This document shows, one piece after another, positions 53,736 to 64,000 of a stretch of DNA of 64,000 nt; position 1 is the stretch's first letter, and each line of letters opens with the position of its first letter. The stretch spans positions 16,368,001 through 16,432,000 of the forward strand of contig NC_043003.1 in the NCBI RefSeq assembly GCF_006345805.1. The letters are read 5' to 3'. The notes below the pieces were generated by a model. It searched no databases, was not told the origin of the DNA, and worked only from the letters and a program-made list of their open reading frames with translations. This DNA comes from Octopus sinensis (taxonomy: Eukaryota). The position numbers and the translations under genes were made by a program.

Positions 53736-54351
53736 GTTCTACTTCACTCCATTTCATGCGCGTATCAATATTAGTTATTGCAATTCATACACTCACGTAC
53801 ATTTATTTGTCTTCATCTGAATTTTATAGTTCTCATTCCATATCGCATTCTATAAGCACATGCTCTCAAATATCCTCCCACTCTCTCTCTCTCTCTTTGG
53901 TTTTCCACCCGTATCACACACGAATCTTCTTCCAATTCCGTTTACATAACGTTATCTAACAATATATAAATATATAACTATATGTATATATACACACATA
54001 TTCTTACATTCATACACACATACGTACATACATACATACATACATACGTACACAACACAGACACAGAAACAAACATACACACACACACATTCTCCTTTTA
54101 TACTCAGAGTCAACGAGCAAACAAAACGCTTTGTTTTCACGCGTGCAATTGATGAGGGTTTGGTTTAAAATGTGTTTATGTGTTATGTTTATATGTAAGT
54201 ATTAAAGATCATGGGGTAGCAATCATGACTTGTTATCGCAAACCCATAGTAACCATATCCTTATTTCATGTACGCATCCTTGAACTTCAAAAACAAAAGG
54301 TATAGCGTACTCCGAAAATGAACGATACGAACATACTCTCATAAATAAGTT

Positions 54352-54770
54352 ATTTGTTTCTTTATTACCCACAAAAGGCTAAACATAGATGGGACAAACA
54401 AGGACAGACAAAGGGATTAAGTCGATTACATCGACCCCAGTGCAAAACTGGTACTTTATTTACCGACCCCGAAAGAATGAAAGGCAAAGTCCACCTCGGT
54501 GGAATTTGAACTCGGAATGTAACGACAGACGAAATACCTGTTTCTTTATTAACCACAAGTGGCTAAACATAGAGAGGACAAACAAGGACAGACAAACGGA
54601 TGAAGTCGATTACATCGACCCCAGTGCGTAACTGGTACTTAATTTATCGACCCCGAAAGGATGAAAGGCAAAGTCGGCCTCGGCGGAATTTGAACTCAGA
54701 ACATAACGGCAGACGAAATACGGCTACGCATTTCGCCCGGTGTGCTAACGTTTCTGCCAGCTCGCCGCCT
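54352..54770 (-). mobile_element. SINE-B, dimeric
   Basis: Two head-to-tail units. Confidence 0.88.
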
Positions 54771-55182
54771 TAATACGCTTATAAATAAGTTATAACTCAC
54801 CAAGGCGTAAATAAACTCAATGTAAATAGAGAATCATTTCAAAATTGAAAAAATAATCACCGACACTACTTAAGATATGACAACCATTAAATCATACAGT
54901 TTCTAATTTTGGAAACAAAATGGCCTCACATTGATTTTTTAATTATTTGTGAATAAAAATGTAAATGTCTAAATTTCCTTTAAGAATTTCTTTCACTTGT
55001 TGGTAGCACTGCTGCCAGCTACTTTTATTGATAAGATTTTCTTTTCTTGTACGATGTAATGAATCAATGCGAGAGAAATCGTTACAACTATCAATGCGGT
55101 TGTTGCTGCAGAGAAAATATTTTCGGTACCTTTAACAGGCATTATATGGGGCACTCTCAAAATATTGTGATATCGTCAAATA

Positions 55183-55566
55183 TCTCTATATATATAAAGC
55201 TGAAGTTGTCTGTGTATGGTAGGTTTGGTAGCCTTCAACTAACACTATCTCCTCCGAGACCCTGCGACGAAAGTTGACCAAAATTGAAAGTATTATAGAA
55301 GAAGAATTGTTCTTCTTTCGGAGAAGAAAAAATTCAAATCGGACCATGTTAACACCAAAAATTGTTTACATCAAAAAGGTGCATTTTTTTCTATGAAAAT
55401 CCCGATTTTTACGATTTTTTGACTGCTGTGTCGCCATTTTTCGGTGTATTTCAACCCAATTCACTTAAAGAGAATAACAAGCTGCATAATGCAAAATTTT
55501 ACGTTTCAAAAATTCCAATTCCAAAGGGTCGAAACAAACCCGAGAAACGCCGGGCGATAATGCTAG
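55183..55566 (+). mobile_element. Non-autonomous Helitron
   Basis: Starts TC (tctctatatatataaag) after an A. Ends with a hairpin cccg(agaaacgc)cggg, then CTAG followed by T. Confidence 0.7.
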
Positions 55567-55865
55567 TACGATATGAAATTGAATTACTAGCTGTGATTCA
55601 GAATTCATTCTAATAGCGCCGAAAAATAAAAATAAATATGGATATAAAAGTGAAAGTGAAAGTGAAAGTAAAGGGCTGGTGGAATAAGTTGTACGCGAAC
55701 ACGATTGTGTGCTTAAGAAGTACACAATTCATTTTCAAGATTGCAGGTTCGATTTTTATGTGCAGTTCATTATGTATGGTTCTTTGGAGAAGTGTATGTT
55801 GCAAAAACATCGGATTGACTAATACCTTAGAAGTGGAATTTAGTTGACGGAAACAATGTGAAAAT

Positions 55866-56440
55866 AAGGTGGTGAGCTGGCAGAAACGTTAGCACGCCGG
55901 GCGAAATACTTAGCAGTATTTCGTCTGCCGTTACGTTCTGAGTTCAAATTCCGCCGAGGTCGACTTTACTTTTTATCCTTTCGGGGTCGATAAATTAAGT
56001 ACCAGTTACACACTGGGGTCGATATAATCGACTTAATCCGTTTGTCTGTCCTTGTTTGTCCTCTCTGTATTTAGCCTCTTGTGGGTAGTAAAGAAATAAA
56101 TATTTCGTCTGTCTGAACGTTCTGAGTTCAAATTCCGCCGAGGTCGACTTTGCCTTTCATCCTTTCGGAGTCGATAAAATAAGTACCAGTTACGCACTGG
56201 GGCCGATGTAATCAACTTAATCCGTTTGTCTGTCCTTGTTTGTCCTCTCTGTGTTTAGCCCCTTGTGGCTAGTAAAGAAATAGGTATTTCGTCTGCCGCT
56301 ACGTTCTGAGTTCAAATTCCGCCGAGGTCGACTGTGTCTTTCATCCTTTCAGGATCAATTAATTAAGTACCAGTTTAGTACTGAGGTCGATCTTATCGAC
56401 TGGCCGCCTCCCCCAATATATTGGGCCTTGTGCTTAGAGT
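55866..56440 (+). mobile_element. SINE-B, three-unit array
   Basis: Junctions at ~56098 and ~56281. Confidence 0.9.
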
Positions 56441-56720
56441 AGAAAATAATATCAGTACCGTCTGTGTATGTGTATTCGTTTGAGGTTCTTCCAAATTCTG
56501 AAACGGCTTTTTGCTATGAGGAATTGTCGGATGATTAAAAAGTTAGAGAAAAGGATGCAAGTGGAAGAGTTGAATGTGGAAGGATGCAAATGCATACACA
56601 TGTTGGCCATCCTGGAGCACTAACCTGGAGTGTTTCAGTCGATGAAATCGACTTTAGTATTCATTCTAAGTCTGCATTTATCCTATTGCACTCTTTTTTT
56701 TACCGCACTGCTAATTTACG

Positions 56721-57124
56721 GGATCTTTTAGGTTTGAACGGCAGTTTTAGGTAACTAAAAGATTTTAAACTTCGTATACTGGTAGAATGTGTTTATAAAA
56801 CATCCTTTTCTCTTGGCTTTATTGAGAAAATTCTATAGTTTGTAAGATATTTGTTATTTTTTTTCTTCAACTTCTGCAATTTCAACCAATTGATGACGTC
56901 CATTGAGTTAAAAAGCATTCTGTGCCGTATGAATATGTCCCTCGTTTAAGAAACAGATTGGGTTTATTTACATTTGTGAAGAAATAAAGATACCCTTCCC
57001 CCCACCCCTAACTCTAACCCTAAAAGAGATTGAAATGCAATAGATCTATTCTAGGGTCATAATTATGGGTGATAATTTTATATGACACCGCCAGAAAAAA
57101 CTGCCGTTCAAACCGAAAAGATCC
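56721..57124. mobile_element. 404-bp TIR MITE with an 8-bp TSD
   Basis: TIRs ggatcttttaggtttgaacggcagtttt / aaaactgccgttcaaaccgaaaagatcc (27/28). TSD aatttacg / aagttacg. Inserted in a decayed SINE-A. Confidence 0.85.
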
Positions 57125-57156
57125 AAGTTACGGGGTACAAACAGTCATCCAACACT

Positions 57157-57655
57157 TATTTCTTTATTTGGTACCACGGCCACAACGCAGAGGGGGACAC
57201 TACAAGGACAGACACAACACCACGGTGACATAAAACATAAAAAGAAAGAGAATGGAATGTTATATAAAAATGAAGCAATGAAATGGCTGCATGGGCCCCA
57301 TTCCCATACAGTGCCATTTGAACGTTTATACACACTATTTACAATCGTTCTATTTTTCTATAGTTTTTTTTAATCAATTTTTTTTAGTCTTTCTTTTTAT
57401 ATGAAACACTTTTATTTTTTCCTTTTTTTTTCTTTCAACAAAACAATTTTAGTTACTCTCCCCCCCCCTTTTAATGCCCCATGAAAGCCTCCACGTCTCC
57501 GAGTTCAACTACGGGTGGCCGTTCGTCGAATTCCACCAACGTTCTGGGCGGGTTAATCTGGTCTCCGCACATGTCTCTCAGCCTCTTGTATGTGTCTTTG
57601 TCGACCAACACTGCTGATGAATCGGTGAGAGTTAAGCACAAAAACGTATATACGG
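57157..57655 (-). mobile_element. 3' fragment of a second putative ORF1-only L1/Tx1-like element
   Basis: An ORF end (SSAVLVDKDTYKRLRDMCGD...FMGH*) is followed by an A-rich UTR and the terminus gtccccctctgcg...aaataaagaaata, like the 3' end at 12791. Confidence 0.55.
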
Positions 57656-58209
57656 ATACATATGCACACACATAAATACATGTATCTTTATGTATGTGTG
57701 TGTTTGTAAGTGTGTATGTGTGTGTGTGTTTGTGTGTGTTTGTGTGTTCACATCATTACTTTTGCATTTACTTTTTACAGGCAGGATATGTGGTTATGTT
57801 GGAACACCGCCATTGGTGTTTGCTTGTTTATATCACTTCATTTCTAAGGCCTTCCGTCCGTGTTTTGTTTTCCGTGAATTAATGTGCAGCAAAAAAAAAA
57901 AAAATAAAATAAAGAAACCAAATGGAAGAAACAAAATAAACGCACTTATCTGCATCTCTTGCTGCGATGCATATTTATCCAGTATCTCAAGCAAAAATAA
58001 AAATGAATGTGTTTTTCTTTTAAACATATCTTCGTTCAAATCTCGGAGATACTTAAGATTTTACGGCAAAATTATTGGAGAGCTTTGGGTCCTTGAACCC
58101 TAAGCCCTAGAGAATTAGTGTCTTCATTCTAGATGGAGATAGGGGATTATCTAATTCTTCGTACCATGTTGGACATAATTACACACACAACACTTTCTGC
58201 ACAGTTTCT

Positions 58210-58848
58210 TATTTCTTTATTGCCCACAAGGGGCTAAATATAGAGGGGACAAACAAGGACAGACAAATGGATTAAATCGATCCCAGTGGGTAGTAAAGAA
58301 ATAGGTATTTCGTCTGCCGCTACGTTCTGAGTTCAAATTCCGCCGAGGTAAATTTTGCCTTTCATCGTTTAGGAGTCGATTGAATAAGTACCAGTTACGA
58401 ACTGGGGTCGATATAATCGACTTAATCCGTTTGTCTGTTTTTGTTTGTCCCCTCTGTGTGTAGCCCCTTGTGAGCAGTAAAGAAATAGGTATTTCGTTTG
58501 CCGTTACGTTCTGAGTTCAAATTCCGCCGAGGTCGTCTTTGCGTTTCATCCTTTCGGGGTCAATGAATTAAGTACCATTTACACACTGGAGTCGGTGTAA
58601 TCGACTTAATACGGTTGTCTGTCCTTGTTTGTCCCCTCTATGTTTAGCCCCTTGTGGGCAATAAAAAATAAGAAACATTAGCATGCATGACGAAATGTTT
58701 ATCGGCATTTAGTTGGTCTTTATGTTCTGAGTTCAAATTCCGCCGAGGTCGAATTAACCTTTCATTCTTTCGGGGTCGATAAATTAAGCACCAGTTTCGA
58801 CTGGCCCCCTTCCCAAAAATTTCGGGCCTTGTGCCTAGAGTAGAAGAG
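58210..58848 (+). mobile_element. SINE-B multimer with an inverted 5' segment
   Basis: 58210-58281 is the tail in minus orientation, followed from ~58286 by plus-strand units. Confidence 0.85.
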
Positions 58849-61104
58849 AATATAGATTGTTGGAACCATAGAGTAAGTTTTATACAGAGAAGAAGAAATG
58901 AAATTTATCTCTGTGTTTGGATTATTTATATTTCTCTCAGTTGACGCAGAAAATCACTGATTTTCTGAGCTCCTACTGTTTTGCCATCGAATAAATTTAA
59001 TCACCAGGGAATATCTGCAGCACTATAAGCAGTAAAGTTACAAAGTGGATTTTTTTTATTGTCTTTCTTTTTGTTTGTTTTCCTGGAGATAATCAATTCT
59101 TCCTACTGCGTTACGATACATATGTTGGCCTGTGAGTAAATCGTTTTGAAGATAACATATTTTCCCGTAAGCTGTTTTATTTATGGAAAAAACTCAATAA
59201 TCAAATAATTTTTGATTTTGGAATGCTGAATCTCGAAACAAATAAAGCTGTAAATAATAGAGTGTAAAATTTAGATAAAAAAAAACTCTGAATACAGCCT
59301 TCGACTTTTACTAGTCAAAGGGTTTTTGTAACTCAAAATTTGCATGCAATTATTAACGGGGTTTTTTTTATTTGTTGATGTTTCGATATCCATCATTCCA
59401 AAAAACAAACCATTTCATATATTCTCTGTACGTTTATAAAATTTCTTATGACGTCAGTGGTAGAAATAAAGTTTCTAAAATGGGGGAGAGAAAATCGAAG
59501 GATTGCTTTAACCCAAAGGTGGAAGGCCTGTCATATTTGGTGGAGAGTGAGTTCGTGTTCCACAGTCATCCAGGGACGTTTTCTATCCAAGTCGTTTTTA
59601 AACCCATTAAAACCAATACTTACTCATTTTACTTTCTTCGAGATCCACTATTACAAAAAATAATTATTTGCATGTTCTCTTGATGTTTGTAAAAATTCTT
59701 ATGGCGTCATCAATGCTGATTATTTTTACGTAAGCGCAAGGCTGCCTATTTCAGAGAAACAAGAAACACGTTTATATCGACCCCAGTGCATTACAGGTAC
59801 TTAAATTATCGACCCTGTTTTGAGTAGAAAATATATCGATCAAAGGAATGGATCTCCGTCGTTCAAAGGTGAGGATTCAGTTGAGCAATAACTGAATTAC
59901 CTTCTCCTGAATTAATGTGTACCTGGCTGAGCATTCCGTAGACGTATGTACTCGAGGCTATAGAAAATGACATTTTCTCCTATATGTCACGCAACGGGTT
60001 CCAGCCGTCGTAGCTGCGAAGCAAACATGTTAAGCATTTAGCCATACAGCACCCATACACTCACATACACACACATGCATCCATGTGCTCATATATTTTG
60101 TACACTACGTATACTTTTTATCTCAAGTCCCTCGCTTTTTTATTTCTTCCTCTCATTCATTTTATGTAAAACCCCACATAAGTTGTAAGCTGTCCTTGAA
60201 TGCTCCCATCTGTAACTAATAATAAAATCGTTATCGCACCGGAAACAATGCTCTGAAATACTCCTCTCTCTTTACGTTATGAGTTCAAATTCCATCAAGA
60301 TCGACTTCGTCTTTCATCCTTTCTGCTTCAATAAAATTAATAACATTTGAGTTCTAGGGTCGACACGATTGACTTCCTCTCCTCTCAAAATTGTTTACCT
60401 TATGCCAAAATTAGAAAGAATTTTAATGATTCCCTCTTGGCTACAATCTAGTCAGTTAAAAATCAGTAGCAGCAAGTGTTGGTGCAGCTCCCTCGTCCGC
60501 CATTTGTCACATACCATATATTCAAATGGTCAAGTAAGGAACTATTGAGAGAGTGTCGCCTGCTTGCGACAACATATGCGAAAGCATTGGTATATGATGA
60601 CCGTATTTTTACTCTTATTACAAGCTAGAGGTAAGCCAGCTGGTAGAATCGTTAGCACGCTGGGAAAAATGCACAGCAGTATTTCTTCCGTCTTTTCGTT
60701 CTGAGTTCAAATTCCGCCGAGGTCGACTTTACCTTCCATCCTTTCGGGGTTAAAATAAGTTCAAGTAAGTCGGTCTAATCAACTTACTCCCTGCCTAGAA
60801 ATTGCTGGCCTTGTTCTAAAACTTGAAACTATTATAACAACCCATTTAAGCAAAGCTTCTATGTGGTCGGTAAAAATGCTAGGTATAGCAACCAAAAGCA
60901 GCGGTAGCTTACAGTCTTTAAAGAAGGAATCATAGGATCATCTAGTGTGGGGTTTATGCCCTATTTTTAAAATTACACTCACACACACGCGCGCGCGCGC
61001 AAGCGTGCAGACACACTCACATGATAGACTTCGTTAGAATGTGTTTGACGATTGGTCTGCTCGATCGGTGTAAAACCTCTCAACAACAGCAACCACAACA
61101 GCGA

Positions 61105-61290
61105 GGTGCAATGGCCCAGTGGTTAGGGCAGCGGACTTGCGGTCGTAAGAACACGGTTTCGATTCCCAGACCGGGCATTGTGAGTGTTTATTGAGCAAAA
61201 AAACACCTAAGCTCCACGAGGCTCCGGCGGTGGGAGGGGTGTGAACCCCGCTGTACTCTTTCACCACAACTTTCTCTCACCCTTTCTTCC
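61105..61290 (+). mobile_element. SINE-C 5' part
   Basis: tRNA-like head as at 52290. Confidence 0.8.
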
Positions 61291-62145
61291 TACTTCTGCC
61301 ACAAAGCAGAGGAACCATGGTGTAATCCCACTATGTTGTGGTAAACTTTCAGACCCTAGTCTAGATTGCGAATCCTCTGTACCCCAGGATGGTTCAGCTC
61401 TTCACCCGTTAAAAGCCACCATTTACGGAATGAGGATAACAACGTAGCTTTAGCATCCGTGCAACCACCAGTCTATCGCGTGTGGTGGGTGGATCTTCAA
61501 GTTGCTACACATTCTTAGTAGCTTAGAGTAGGCTCGAATTAGAGATTATTCTTTGTGGCTAATGGTGTGAGTTCTGATTGAAAAAAGAAGAAGAAGAAGA
61601 AGAAGAAGAAGACCACAACAGCCAACATTGAAAAATTCAATATATTAGGGATCCCTTCATGAAAATCAATAACCTTTTCCTTGTTTTTCGAATAATGGCT
61701 GGGTCTTATTTATAGGAAGGTGGATATATTTAAATGAGAACAAACATGGTTGACTTCTGTTTTATCAAATGAAAGAAATTATTAGTAATAATTCCTTTGC
61801 CATCTAAAATAATCATCTTTGACCCCTTACTATGAAAATAATAATTTTCAAACAGAAAAAACTGTATTATCCCAACACTGGATTATTCAGCAGGTTTTCT
61901 ATTTGTGCTTTTATGACTCAGAGTTATATAATTGTACGCTGTATTGCAATGAAAAGATACGGATAAAGAAACGCTCTGTTATATACTGTAATATTACTTT
62001 GTCATCTCCAATCCCAAGTATCAAAAATATTTCCCACACATTCATTTCGTTACTTTTATACTTTTTTTTAATATATTTTTGTTTTCTGTTTGGATTATTT
62101 TATTGTTTTCGTCATCCGTCTCGGACACCACTCCTTCTTCTTCTT

Positions 62146-62203
62146 CTTCTTCTTCTTCTTCTTCTTCTTCTTCTTCTTCTTCTTCTTCTTCTTCTTCTTC
62201 TTC
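62146..62203. repeat. (TTC)n microsatellite
   Basis: Direct inspection. Confidence 0.95.
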
Positions 62204-62299
62204 AATTATATTTATTCCCAATACCATTTTCCCCTCCTGTGACATTCTTCATCGGTTAAGGCTTATTTTGAAGCATTATTTATTCGGGAATCATGCTTT

Positions 62300-62336
<37 letters not shown>

Positions 62337-62402
62337 ATATATATAATTATATATATATATATTATAACTATGTGTGTGTGTGTGTGTGTGTGGTGTGTGT
62401 GT

Positions 62403-62439
<37 letters not shown>

Positions 62440-62739
62440 TATTCTGTTTCACAACATCGTCATAATCCATTTCCTTCTTAAGTCGATTAAAGGAAAAAAT
62501 AGCATGGATTCGATCTTAGCTCTTTAGAGAAACTGACCATCAGTCTATACGTCTTGAACCTCAAATCTATAGCAAAGGAAAGGAGGGCGGGAGGTGAAGA
62601 AAATTAGATTTGGTTAGGCTCACGTTTCTCTCTCGCGCGTTACTGGCATAAGCAAAATGTAATATGGTTTCTAACGGAAATTGAGAATTGATTGCAGGTT
62701 CGTCTCTCGACTCTCTGGCACTTTTTTTCTTTTCTTTTC

Positions 62740-63135
62740 TTTCTATTACTTCTTTCAGTCATTTGGTTGCGGCATGCTGGAGCACCGCCTTTAATCGAAT
62801 CAAATCGACTCCAGGACTTAGTACTTATACTATCGGTCTCTTTTGCCGAACCGCTAAGTTATGGGGACGTAAACACACCAGCATCGGTTGTCAAGCGATG
62901 TTGGCGGGGGGGGGGGCAAACACAGATACACAACATACACACACACACATATATATATACATATACATATATACGACGGGCTTCTTTCAGTTTCCGTCTA
63001 CCATATCCACTCACAAGGCTTTGGTCGACCCGAGGCTATAGTAGAAGCCACCTACCCTAGGTGCCACTCAGTGGGACTGAACCCGTAACCGTCTGGTTGG
63101 TAAGCAAGCTACTTACCACACAGCCACTCCTGCAC
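62740..63135 (-). mobile_element. SINE-A, full length
   Basis: Family consensus match. Confidence 0.9.
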
Positions 63136-63620
63136 TCGCGACACTTTTTCGATAATCACGTCTGTCTTCTACTGAAAACGTTCGAGCAGATTGGGTTAGT
63201 TTTGAACCAATCGAGAAGTTGGTAGTTCCTATCCTGTTTTGGTCCTATGCTGTTCCAGTGGTTAGTGATAAAGACCTCAAACAGTCCGACTTCTTAGTAG
63301 GCATTGCAAAGTACTACCATTCACGACAACGCATTATCCGTTAAAGCATCATTAATTTTATCGAGTGACTCGTCAGCTGGTAGTGCAGATCTCGGTTCAC
63401 TTTGTGGGAAATGTTACATTTGAGAGACCAGGATTTTATTCAAGAAGGACTGCCTTGAAGCGTTTAGCCGAAAATATTGACCCTAGTAACATTTAAGCCT
63501 GGTACTTAATCAATCGGACATCTTTTACCGATAAGCTAAGTTACAGGGATGTAAACAAGCCAACACAGGCTGTCGAGTGGGAGCAGTGGGGACAAAAACG
63601 GTCACAAAGATGCACACATA

Positions 63621-63800
63621 CGAGGGGGTTATGAAAAGCACCTCACTTTTGATTTTATTCAACTTATTCCGCTCTCAGATTCACACACTTATTGCAGCGG
63701 TCCTTCAGTTTTTCTAAGCCTCGCAAAAGAACTCGGAAGTTTGGGTTTCTAGTCAAGCCTTTCGTGATACCCTGAAAACCATGAACTTTTCATCATCCAA
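63621..63800 (-). mobile_element. 3' end of a different mariner element
   Basis: TA followed by the TIR-like cgagggggttatgaaaag. The minus strand encodes RGLEKLKDRCNKCVNLRAE*VE*, a mariner C-terminus. Confidence 0.7.
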
Positions 63801-64000
63801 TGGTATATATACATATATATATATATATAAATATATGCATATATATATCCATATATATATATTTCATTTTTTCTTATGACCCAGAGAAAGAAGGGCAATG
63901 CCCATAACTATTTTGAGGACATCTGTGTTTTGTGGGAGTAAAGCAGTTAGTCACTGCCAGTCAAGATACTTGTCTTGAATGATTGCAACAGAATGGGTAC

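Overview
AT-rich animal non-coding DNA with no recognisable host protein-coding gene. It is almost entirely microsatellites ((TA)n, (CA)n, (CATA)n, (TCTA)n, (TAA)n) and interspersed repeats. The SINE families and microsatellite load resemble an Octopus (coleoid cephalopod) genome; this is inference from recognition, not a database result. Mobile content: about 16 copies of one tRNA-derived SINE (here SINE-A), about 10 loci of a second SINE (SINE-B) that often forms head-to-tail multimers, further tRNA-SINEs, and CR1, RTE and R4/Dong LINE fragments. Also present are a Ty3/Gypsy gag remnant, mariner and DD41D Tc1/mariner relics, TIR MITEs with target-site duplications, a Helitron, and a Penelope-like (GIY-YIG) fragment. 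Two themes stand out. (1) Several type I hammerhead-ribozyme motifs with palindromic stem III (best at 12571-12628 and 51520-51635, minus strand) lie in Penelope-type terminal-repeat segments that abut (TA)n tracts and are often locally duplicated or inverted. (2) A near full-length ORF1-only (HAL1-like, zinc-knuckle) non-LTR element at 12791-14482 shares its 3' terminus with the multimer-forming SINE-B, suggesting two non-autonomous families that use one L1/Tx1-type enzyme. All folds and alignments were done by eye, and many boundaries are approximate.
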